DNA of 64,000 bases, from assembly GCF_009914755.1 (NCBI RefSeq), contig NC_060935.1. One strand, given 5' to 3'. The position numbers and the translations under genes are program-made. Under the pieces are notes generated by a model. It saw only the letters and a program-made list of their open reading frames with translations. It was not told where the DNA came from and did not search any database. Positions 1 to 10,900 of this stretch are shown one piece after another. The DNA comes from the human T2T-CHM13v2.0 reference genome, Homo sapiens. Positions within the stretch are counted from its first letter, which is position 1. The number at the start of each line of letters is the position of its first letter.

Positions 1-210
1 TGTAGAATCTGCGATTGGAGATTTGGACTGCTTTGAGGCCTACTGTAGTAAAGGAAATAACTTCATCTAAAAACCAAACGGAAGCATTCACAGACAATTC
101 TTAGTGATCATTGCATTGAACTAACAGAGCTGAACATTCCTTTAGATGGAGCAGTTTCCAAACACACTTTCTGTAGAATCTGCAAGTGGATATTTGGACT
201 TCTCTGAGGA

Positions 211-227
211 TTTCGTTGGAAACGGGA
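211..227 (+). promoter_or_regulatory. CENP-B box, canonical (box 1; one per HOR)
   Basis: TTTCGTTGGAAACGGGA matches YTTCGTTGGAARCGGGA; recurs at 1060, 2760, 3610 etc. Confidence 0.95.
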
Positions 228-377
228 TAAACTTCCCAGAACTACACGGAAGCATTGTGAGAAACTTCTTTGTGATGTTTGCATTCAACTCACAGAGTTG
301 AACCTTGCTTTCATAGTTCAGCTTTCAAACACTCTTTTTGTAGAATCTGCAAGTGGATATTTGGACCACTTTGTGGC

Positions 378-394
378 CTTCCTTCGAAACGGGT
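378..394 (+). other. Degenerate CENP-B box (box 2; fixed in all HOR copies)
   Basis: CTTCCTTCGAAACGGGT: core TTCG is TTCC, so it fails nTTCGnnnnAnnCGGGn; predicted non-binding. Confidence 0.85.
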
Positions 395-548
395 ATATCT
401 TCACATCAAACCTAGACAGAAGCATTCTCAGAATGTTTCCTGTGATGACTGCATTCAACTCACAGAGGTGAACAATCCTGTTGATGGAGCAGTTTTGAAA
501 CTCTCTTTCTTTGGATTCTGCAAGTGGATATGTGGACCTCTGTGAAGA

Positions 549-565
549 TTTCGTTGGAAACGGGT
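549..565 (+). promoter_or_regulatory. CENP-B box with all 9 core nucleotides (box 3; one per HOR)
   Basis: TTTCGTTGGAAACGGGT satisfies nTTCGnnnnAnnCGGGn; recurs at 1398, 2248, 3098 etc. Confidence 0.93.
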
Positions 566-718
566 TCATCTTCACAGAAAAATTAACAGAAGCATTCCCA
601 GAAACTGCTTTGTGATGTTTGTGTTCCACTTCAGGAATTGAACTTTCCTCTTGACAGAGCAGCTCTGAAACCCTCTTATTCTAGAATCTGCAAGTCGACA
701 TTTGGAGGGCTTTGAGGC

Positions 719-735
719 CTGTGGTGGAAAAGGAA
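719..735 (+). other. A-box (pJalpha-type) of the first A monomer
   Basis: CTGTGGTGGAAAAGGAA at the box-equivalent position; resembles the A-type consensus CTAYGGTGRAAAAGGAA. Confidence 0.8.
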
Positions 736-888
736 AATCTTCACATAAAAACTAGATGGAAGCATTCTCAGAAACTTCTTTGTGATGATTGCATTCGACT
801 CACAGAGTTGAACATTCCTATAGATAGAGCAGGTTGTAAACAATCTTTTTGTAGAATCTGCGATTGGAGATTTGGACTGCTTTGAGGC

Positions 889-905
889 CTACTGTAGTAA
901 AGGAA
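889..905 (+). other. Diverged A-box of the second A monomer
   Basis: CTACTGTAGTAAAGGAA at the box-equivalent position, with no TTCG/CGGG. Confidence 0.7.
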
Positions 906-1059
906 ATAACTTCATCTAAAAACCAAACGGAAGCATTCACAGACAATTCTTAGTGATCATTGCATTGAACTAACAGAGCTGAACATTCCTTTAGATGGCG
1001 CAGTTTCCAAACACACTTTCTGTAGAATCTGCAAGTTGATATTTGGACCTCTCTGAGGA

Positions 1060-1909
1060 TTTCGTTGGAAACGGGATAAACTTCCCAGAACTACAGGGAA
1101 GCATGCTGAGAAACTTCTTTGTGATGTTTGCATTCAACTCACAGAGTTGAACCTTGCTTTCATAGTTCAGCTTTCAAACACTCTTTTTGTAGAATCTGCA
1201 AGTGGATATTTGGACCACTTTGTGGCCTTCCTTCGAAACGGGTATATCTTCACATCAAACCTAGACAGAAGCATTCTCAGAATGTTTCCTGTGATGACTG
1301 CATTCAACTCACAGAGGTGAACAATCCTGCTGATGGAGCAGTTTTGAAACTCTCTTTCTTTGGATTCTGCAAGTGGATATGTGGACCTCTGTGAAGATTT
1401 CGTTGGAAACGGGTTCATCTTCACAGAAAAACTAAACAGAAGCATTCTCAGATACTGCTTTGTGATGTTTGTGTTCCACTTCAGGAATTGAACTTTCCTC
1501 CTGACAGAGCAGCTCTGACACCCTCTTATTCTAGAATCTGCAAGTGGACATTTGGAGGGCTTTGAGGCCTGCGGTGGAAAAGGAAAATCTTCACATAAAA
1601 ACTAGATGGAAGCATTCTCAGAAACTACTTTGTGATGATTGCATTCGACTCACAGAGTTGAACATTCCTATAGATAGAGCAGGTTGTAAACAATCTTTTT
1701 GTAGAATCTGCGATTGGAGATTTGGACTGCTTTGAGGCCTACAGTAGTAAAGGAAATAACTTCATCTAAAAACCAAACGGAAGCATTCACAGACAATTCT
1801 TAGTGATCATTGCATTGAACTAACAGAGCTGAACATTCCTTTAGATGGAGCAGTTTCCAAACACACTTTCTGTAGAACCTGCAAGTGGATATTTGGACCT
1901 CTCTGAGGA
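1060..1909 (+). repeat. Representative 850-bp HOR unit: five monomers, B-B-B-A-A
   Basis: Box-equivalent positions at 1060, 1227, 1398, 1569, 1739 and next at 1910; spacings 167+171+171+170+171 = 850. Confidence 0.95.
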
Positions 1910-4900
1910 TTTCGTTGGAAACGGCATAAACTTCCCAGAACTACACCGAAGCATTGTGAGAAACTTCTTTGTGATGTTTGCATTCAACTCACAGAGTTGA
2001 ACCTTGCTTTCATAGTTCAGCTTTCAAACACTCTTTTTGTAGAATCTGCAAGTGGATATTTGGACCACTTTGTGGCCTTCCTTCGAAACGGGTATATCTT
2101 CACATCAAACCTAGACAGAAGCATTCTCAGAATGTTTCCTGTGATGACTGCATTCAACTCACAGAGGTGAACAATCCTGCTGATGGAGCAGTTTTGAAAC
2201 TCTCTTTCTTTGGATTCTGCAAGTGGATATGTGGACCTCTGTGAAGATTTCGTTGGAAACGGGTTCATCTTCACAGAAAAACTAAACAAGAGCATTCTCA
2301 GAAACTGCTTTGTGATGTTTGTGTTCCACTTCAAGAATTGAACTTTCCTCTTGACAGAGCAGCTCTGAAACCCTCTTTTTCTAGAATCTGCAAGTGGACA
2401 TTTGGAGGGCTTTGAGGCCTGTGGTGGAAAAGGAAAATCTTCACATAAAAACTAGATGGAAGCATTCTCAGAAACTACTTTGTGATGATTGCATTCGACT
2501 CACAGAGTTGAACATTCCTATAGATAGAGCAGGTTGTAAACAATCTTTTTGTAGAATCTGCGATTGGAGATTTGGACTGCTTTGAGGCCTACTGTAGTAA
2601 AGGAAATAACTTCATCTAAAAACCAAACGGAAGCATTCACAGACAATTCTTAGTGATCATTGGATTGAACTAACAGAGCTGAACATTCCTTTAGATGGAG
2701 CAGTTTCCAAACCCACTTTCTGTAGAATCTGCAAGTGGATATTTGGACTTCTCTGAGGATTTCGTTGGAAACGGGATAAACTTCCCAGAACTACACGGAA
2801 GCATTGTGAGAAACTTCTTTGTGATGTTTGCATTCAACTCACAGAGTTGAACCTTGCTTTCATAGTTCAGCTTTCAAACACTCTTTTTGTAGAATCTGCA
2901 AGTGGATATTTGGACCACTTTGTGGCCTTCCTTCGAAACGGGTATATCTTCACATCAAACCTAGACAGAAGCATTCTCAGAATGTTTCCTGTGATGACTG
3001 CATTCAACTCACAGAGTTGAATAATCCTGTTGATGGAGCACTTTTGAAACTCTCTTTCTTTGGATTCTGCAAGTGGATATGTGGACCTCTGTGAAGATTT
3101 CGTTGGAAACGGGTTCATCTTCACAGAAAAACTAAACAGAAGCATTCTCAGAAACTACTTTGTGATGTTTTTGTTCCACTTCAAGAACTGAACTTTCCTC
3201 TTGACAGAGCAGCTCTGAAACCCTCTTTTTCTAGAATCTGCAAGTGGACATTTGGAGGGCTTTGAGGCCTGTGGTGCAAAAGGAAAATCTTCACATAAAA
3301 ACTAGATGGAAGCATTCTCAGAAACTACTTTGTGATGATTGCATTCGACTCACAGAGTTGAACATTCCTATAGATAGAGCAGGTTGTAAACAATCTTTTT
3401 GTAGAATCTGCGATTGGAGATTTGGACTGCTTTGAGGCCTACTGTAGTAAAGGAAATAACTTCATCTAAAAACCAAACGGAAGCATTCACAGACAATTCT
3501 TAGTGATCATTGCATTGAGCTAACAGAGGTGAACATTCCTTTAGATGGCGCAGTTTCCAAACACACTTTCTGTAGAATCTGCAAGTGGATATTTGGACTT
3601 CTCTGAGGATTTCGTTGGAAACGGGATAAACTTCCCAGAACTACACGGAAGCATTGTGAGAAAATTCTTTGTGATGTTTGCATTCAACTCACAGAGTTGA
3701 ACCTTGCTTTCATAGTTCAGCTTTCAAACACTCTTTTTGTAGAATCTGCAAGTGGATATTTGGACCACTTTGTGGCCTTCCTTCGAAACGGGTATATCTT
3801 CACATCAAACCTAGACAGAAGCATTCTCAGAATGTTTCCTGTGATGACTGCATTCAACTCACAGAGGTGAACAATCCTGCTGATGGAGCAGTTTTGAAAC
3901 TCTCTTTCTTTGGATTCTGCAAGTGGATATGTGGACCTCTGTGAAGATTTCGTTGGAAACGGGTTCATCTTCACAGAAAAACTAAACAGGAGCATTCTCA
4001 GAAACTGCTTTGTGATGTTTGTGTTCCACTTAAAGAATTGAACTTTCCTCTTGACAGAGCAGCTCTGAAACCCTCTTTTTCTAGAATCTGCAAGTGGACA
4101 TTTGGAGGGCTTTGAGACCTGTGGTGGAAAAGGAAAATCTTCACATAAAAACTAGATGGAAGCATTCTCAGAAACTACTTTGTGATGATTGCATTCGACT
4201 CACAGAGTTGAACATTCCTATAGATAGAGCAGGTTGTAAACAATCTTTTTCTAGAATCTGCGATTGGAGATTTGGACTGCTTTGAGGCCTACTGTAGTAA
4301 AGGAAATAACTTCATCTAAAAACCAAACGGAAGCATTCACAGACAATTCTTAGAGATCATTGGATTGAACTAACACAGCTGAACATTCCTTTAGATGGAG
4401 CAGTTTCCAAACACACTTTCTGCAGAATCTGCAAGTGGATATTTGGACTTCTCTGAGGATTTCGTTGGAAACGGGATAAACTTCCCAGAACTACACGGAA
4501 GAATTGTGAGAAACTTCTTTGTGATGTTTGCATTCAACTCACAGAGTTGAACCTTGCTTTCATAGTTCAGCTTTCAAACACTCTTTTTGTAGAATCTGCA
4601 AGTGGATATTTGGACCACTTTGTGGCCTTCCTTCGAAACGGGTATATCTTCACATCAAACCTAGACAGAAGCATTCTCAGAATGTTTCCTGTGATGACTG
4701 CATTCAACTCACAGAGGTGAACAATCCTGCTGATGGAGCAGTTTTGAAACTCTCTTTCTTTGGATTCTGCAAGTGGATATGTGGACCTCTGTGAAGATTT
4801 CGTTGGAAAAGGGTTCATCTTCACAGAAAAACTAAACAGGAGCATTCTCAGAAACTGCTTTGTGATGTTTGTGTTCCACTTCAAGAATTGAACTTTCCTC

Positions 4901-7900
4901 TTGACAGAGCAGCTCTGAAACCCTCTTTTTCTAGAATCTGCAAGTGGACATTTGGAGGGCTTTGAGGCCTGTGGTGGAAAAGGAAAATCTTCACATAAAA
5001 ACTAGATGGAAGCATTCTCAGAAACTACTTTGTGATGATTGCATTCGACTCACAGAGTTGAACATTCCTATAGATAGAGCAGGTTGTAAACAATCTTTCT
5101 GTAGAATCTGCGATTGGAGATTTGGACTGCTTTGAGGCCTACTGTAGTAAAGGAAATAACTTCATCTAAAAACCAAACGGAAGCATTCACAGACAATTCT
5201 TAGTGATCATTGGATTGAACTAACAGAGCTGAACATTCCTTTAGATGGAGCAGTTTCCAAACACACTTTCTGTAGAATCTGCAAGTGGATATTTGGACTT
5301 CTCTGAGGATTTCGTTGGAAACGGGATAAACTTCCCAGAACTACACGGAAGCATTGTGAGAAACTTCTTTGTGATGTTTGCATTCAACTCACAGAGTTGA
5401 ACCTTGCTTTCATAGTTCAGCTTTCAAACACTCTTTTTGTAGAATCTGCAAGTGGATATTTGGACCACTTTGTGGCCTTCCTTCGAAACGGGTATATCTT
5501 CACATCAAACCTAGACAGAAGCATTCTCAGAATGTTTCCTGTGATGACTGCATTCAACTCACAGAGGTGAACAATCCTGCTGATGGAGCAGTTTTGAAAC
5601 TCTCTTTCTTTGGATTCTGCAAGTGGATATGTGGACCTCTGTGAAGATTTCGTTGGAAACGGGTTCATCTTCACAGAAAAACTAAACAGAAGCATTCTCA
5701 GAAACTGCTTTGTGATGTTTGTGTTCCACTTCAGGAATTGAACTTTCCTCTTGACAGAGCAGCTCTGAAACCCTCTTATTCTAGAATCTGCAAGTGGACA
5801 TTTGGAGGGCTTTGAGGCCTGTGGTGGAAAAGGAAAATCTTCACATAAAAACTAGATGGAAGCATTCTCAGAAACTTCTTTGTGATGATTGCATTCGACT
5901 CACAGAGTTGAACATTCCTATAGATAGAGCAGGTTGTAAACAATCTTTTTGTAGAATCTGCGATTGGAGATTTGGACTGCTTTGAGGCCTACTGTAGTAA
6001 AGGAAATAACTTCATCTAAAAACCAAACGGAAGCATTCACAGACAATTCTTAGTGATCATTGCATTGAACTAACAGAGCTGAACATTCCTTTAGATGGCG
6101 CAGTTTCCAAACACACTTTCTGTAGAATCTGCAAGTGGATATTTGGACCTCTCTGAGGATTTCGTTGGAAACGGGATAAACTTCCCAGAACTACACGGAA
6201 GCATGCTGAGAAACTTCTTTGTGATGTTTGCATTCAACTCACAGAGTTGAACCTTGCTTTCATAGTTCAGCTTTCAAACACTCTTTTTGTAGAATCTGCA
6301 AGTGGATATTTGGACCACTTTGTGGCCTTCCTTCGAAACGGGTATATCTTCACATCAAACCTAGACAGAAGCATTCTCAGAATGTTTCCTGTGATGACTG
6401 CATTCAACTCACAGAGGTGAACAATCCTGCTGATGGAGCAGTTTTGAAACTCTCTTTCTTTGGATTCTGCAAGTGGATATGTGGACCTCTGTGAAGATTT
6501 CGTTGGAAACGGGTTCATCTTCACAGAAAAACTAAACAAGAGCATTCTCAGAAACTGCTTTGTGATGTTTGTGTTCCACTTCAAGAATTGAACTTTCCTC
6601 TTGACAGAGCAGCTCTGAAACCCTATTTTTCTAGAATCTGCAAGTGGACATTTGGAGGGCTTTGAGGCCTGTGGTGGAAAAGGAAAATCTTCACATAAAA
6701 ACTAGATGGAAGCATTCTCAGAAACTACTTTGTGATGATTGCATTCGACTCACAGAGTTGAACATTCCTATAGATAGAGCAGGTTGTAAACAATCTTTTT
6801 GTAGAATCTGCGATTGGAGATTTGGACTGCTTTGAGGCCTACTGTAGTAAAGGAAATAACTTCATCTAAAAACCAAACGGAAGCATTCACAGACAATTCT
6901 TAGTGATCATTGGATTGAACTAACAGAGCTGAACATTCCTTTAGATGGAGCAGTTTCCAAACCCACTTTCTGTAGAATCTGCAAGTGGATATTTGGACTT
7001 CTCTGAGGATTTCGTTGGAAACGGGATAAACTTCCCAGAACTACAGGGAAGCATTGTGAGAAACTTCTTTGTGATGTTTGCATTCAACTCACAGAGTTGA
7101 ACCTTGCTTTCATAGTTCAGCTTTCAAACACTCTTTTTGTAGAATCTGCAAGTGGATATTTGGACCACTTTGTGGCCTTCCTTCGAAACGGGTATATCTT
7201 CACATCAAACCTAGACAGAAGCATTCTCAGAATGTTTCCTGTGATGACTGCATTCAACTCACAGAGGTGAACAATCCTGCTGATGGAGCAGTTTTGAAAC
7301 TCTCTTTCTTTGGATTCTGCAAGTGGATATGTGGACCTCTGTGAAGATTTCGTTGGAAACGGGTTCATCTTCACAGAAAAACTAAACAGAAGCATTCTCA
7401 AAAACTACTTTGTGATGTTTGTGTTCCACTTCAAGAATTGAACTTTCCTCTTGACAGAGCAGCTCTGAAAACCTCTTTTTCTAGAATCTGCAAGTGGACA
7501 TTTGGAGGGCTTTGAGGCCTGTGGTGGAAAAGGAAAATCTTCACATAAAAACTAGATGGAAGCATTCTCAGAAACTACTTTGTGATGATTGCATTCGACT
7601 CACAGAGTTGAACATTCCTATAGATAGAGCAGGTTGTAAACAATCTTTTTGTAGAATCTGCGATTGGAGATTTGGACTGCTTTGAGGCCTACTGTAGTAA
7701 AGGAAATAACTTCATCTAAAAACCAAACGGAAGCATTCACAGACAATTCTTAGAGATCATTGGATTGAACTAACACAGCTGAACATTCCTTTAGATGGAG
7801 CAGTTTCCAAACACACTTTCTGTAGAATCTGCAAGTGGATATTTGGACTTCTCTGAGGATTTCGTTGGAAACGGGATAAACTTCCCAGAACTACACGGAA

Positions 7901-10900
7901 GCATTGTGAGAAACTTCTTTGTGATGTTTGCATTCAACTCACAGAGTTGAACCTTGCTTTCATAGTTCAGCTTTCAAACACTCTTTTTGTAGAATCTGCA
8001 AGTGGATATTTGGACCACTTTGTGGCCTTCCTTCGAAACGGGTATATCTTCACATCAAACCTAGACAGAAGCATTCTCAGAATGTTTCCTGTGATGACTG
8101 CATTCAACTCACAGAGGTGAACAATCCTGCTGATGGAGCAGTTTTGAAACTCTCTTTCTTTGGATTCTGCAAGTGGATATGTGGACCTCTGTGAAGATTT
8201 CGTTGGAAACGGGTTCATCTTCACAGAAAAACTAAACAGAAGCATTCTCAGAAACTGCTTTGTGATGTTTGTGTTCCACTTCAGGAATTGAACTTTCCTC
8301 TTGACAGAGCAGCTCTGAAACCCTCTTATTCTAGAATCTGCAAGTGGACATTTGGAGGGCTTTGAGGCCTGTGGTGGAAAAGGAAAATCTTCACATAAAA
8401 ACTAGATGGAAGCATTCTCAGAAACTACTTTGTGATGATTGCATTCGACTCACAGAGTTGAACATTCCTATACATAGAGCAGGTTGTAAACAATCTTTTT
8501 GTAGAATCTGCGATTGGAGATTTGGACTGCTTTGAGGCCTACTGCAGTAAAGGAAATAACTTCATCTCAAAACCAAACGGAAGCATTCACAGACAATTCT
8601 TAGTGATCATTGGATTGAACTAACAGAGCTGAACATTCCTTTAGATGGCGCAGTTTCCAAACACACTTTCTGTAGAATCTGCAAGTGGATATTTGGACCT
8701 CTCTGAGGATTTCGTTGGAAACGGGATAAACTTCCCAGAACTACACGGAAGCATTGTGAGAAACTTCTTTGTGATGTTTGCATTCAACTCACAGAGTTGA
8801 ACCTTGCTTTCATAGTTCAGCTTTCAAACACTCTTTTTGTAGAATCTGCAAGTGGATATTTGGACCATTTTGTGGCCTTCTTTCGAAACGGGTATATCTT
8901 CACATCAAACCTAGACAGAAGCATTCTCAGAATGTTTCCTGTGATGACTGCATTCAACTCACAGAGGTGAACAATCCTGCTGATGGAGCAGTTTTGAAAC
9001 TCTCTTTCTTTGGATTCTGCAAGTGGATATGTGGACCTCTGTGAAGATTTCGTTGGAAACGGGTTCATCTTCACAGAAAAACTAAACAGGAGCATTCTCA
9101 GAAACTGCTTTGTGATGTTTGTGTTCCACTTAAAGAATTGAACTTTCCTCTTGACAGAGCAGCTCTGAAACCCTCTTTTTCTAGAATCTGCAAGTGGACA
9201 TTTGGAGGGCTTTGAGGCCTGTGGTGGAAAAGGAAAATCGTCACATAAAAACTTTATGGAAGCATTCTCAGAAACTTCTTTGTGATGATTGCATTCGACT
9301 CACAGAGTTGAACATTCCTATAGATAGAGCAGGTTGTAAACAATCTTTTTGTAGAATCTGCGATTGGAGATTTGGACTGCTTTGAGGCCTACTGTAGTAA
9401 AGGAAATTACTTCATCTAAAAACCAAACGGAAGCATTCACAGACAATTCTTAGTGATCATTGCATTGAACTAACAGAGCTGAACATTCCTTTAGATGGAG
9501 CAGTTTCCAAACCCACTTTCTGTAGAATCTGCAAGTGGATATTTGGACTTCTCTGAGGATTTCGTTGGAAACGGGATAAACTTCCCAGAACTACACGGAA
9601 GCATTGTGAGAAACTTCTTTGTGATGTTTGCATTCAACTCACAGAGTTGAACCTTGCTTTCATAGTTCAGCTTTCAAACACTCTTTTTGTAGAATCTGCA
9701 AGTGGATATTTGGACCACTTTGTGGCCTTCCTTCGAAACGGGTATATCTTCACATCAAACCTAGACAGAAGCATTCTCAGAATGTTTCCTGTGATGACTG
9801 CATTCAACTCACAGAGTTGAATAATCCTGTTGATGGAGCACTTTTGAAACTCTCTTTCTTTGGATTCTGCAAGTTGATATGTGGACCTCTGTGAAGATTT
9901 CGTTGGAAACGGGTTCATCTTCACAGAAAAACTAAACAGAAGCATTCTCAGAAACTACTTTGTGATGTTTTTGTTCCACTTCAAGAACTGAACTTTCCTC
10001 TTGACAGAGCAGCTCTGAAACCCTCTTTTTCTAGAATCTGCAAGTGGACATTTGGAGGGCTTTGAGGCCTGTGGTGGAAAAGGAAAATCTTCACATAAAA
10101 ACTAGATGGAAGCATTCTCAGAAACTACTTTGTGATGATTGCATTCGACTCACAGAGTTGAACATTCCTATACATAGAGCAGGTTGTAAACAATCTTTTT
10201 GTAGAATCTGCGATTGGAGATTTGGACTGCTTTGAGGCCTACTGCAGTAAAGGAAATAACTTCATCTCAAAACCAAACGGAAGCATTCACAGACAATTCT
10301 TAGTGATCATTGGATTGAACTAACAGAGCTGAACATTCCTTTAGATGGCGCAGTTTCCAAACACACTTTCTGTAGAATCTGCAAGTGGATATTTGGACCT
10401 CTCTGAGGATTTCGTTGGAAACGGGATAAACTTCCCAGAACTACACGGAAGCATTGTGAGAAACTTCTTTGTGATGTTTGCATTCAACTCACAGAGTTGA
10501 ACCTTGCTTTCATAGTTCAGCTTTCAAACACTCTTTTTGTAGAATCTGCAAGTGGATATTTGGACCATTTTGTGGCCTTCTTTCGAAACGGGTATATCTT
10601 CACATCAAACCTAGACAGAAGCATTCTCAGAATGTTTCCTGTGATGACTGCATTCAACTCACAGAGGTGAACAATCCTGCTGATGGAGCAGTTTTGAAAC
10701 TCTCTTTCTTTGGATTCTGCAAGTGGATATGTGGACCTCTGTGAAGATTTCGTTGGAAACGGGTTCATCTTCACAGAAAAACTAAACAGGAGCATTCTCA
10801 GAAACTGCTTTGTGATGTTTGTGTTCCACTTAAAGAATTGAACTTTCCTCTTGACAGAGCAGCTCTGAAACCCTCTTTTTCTAGAATCTGCAAGTGGACA

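Noticed and set aside
383-388. TTCGAA palindrome in the degenerate box as a hairpin or shifted CENP-B site
   Set aside because: Too short for a stable structure, and the shifted TTCG has the wrong spacing to CGGG for the CENP-B core.
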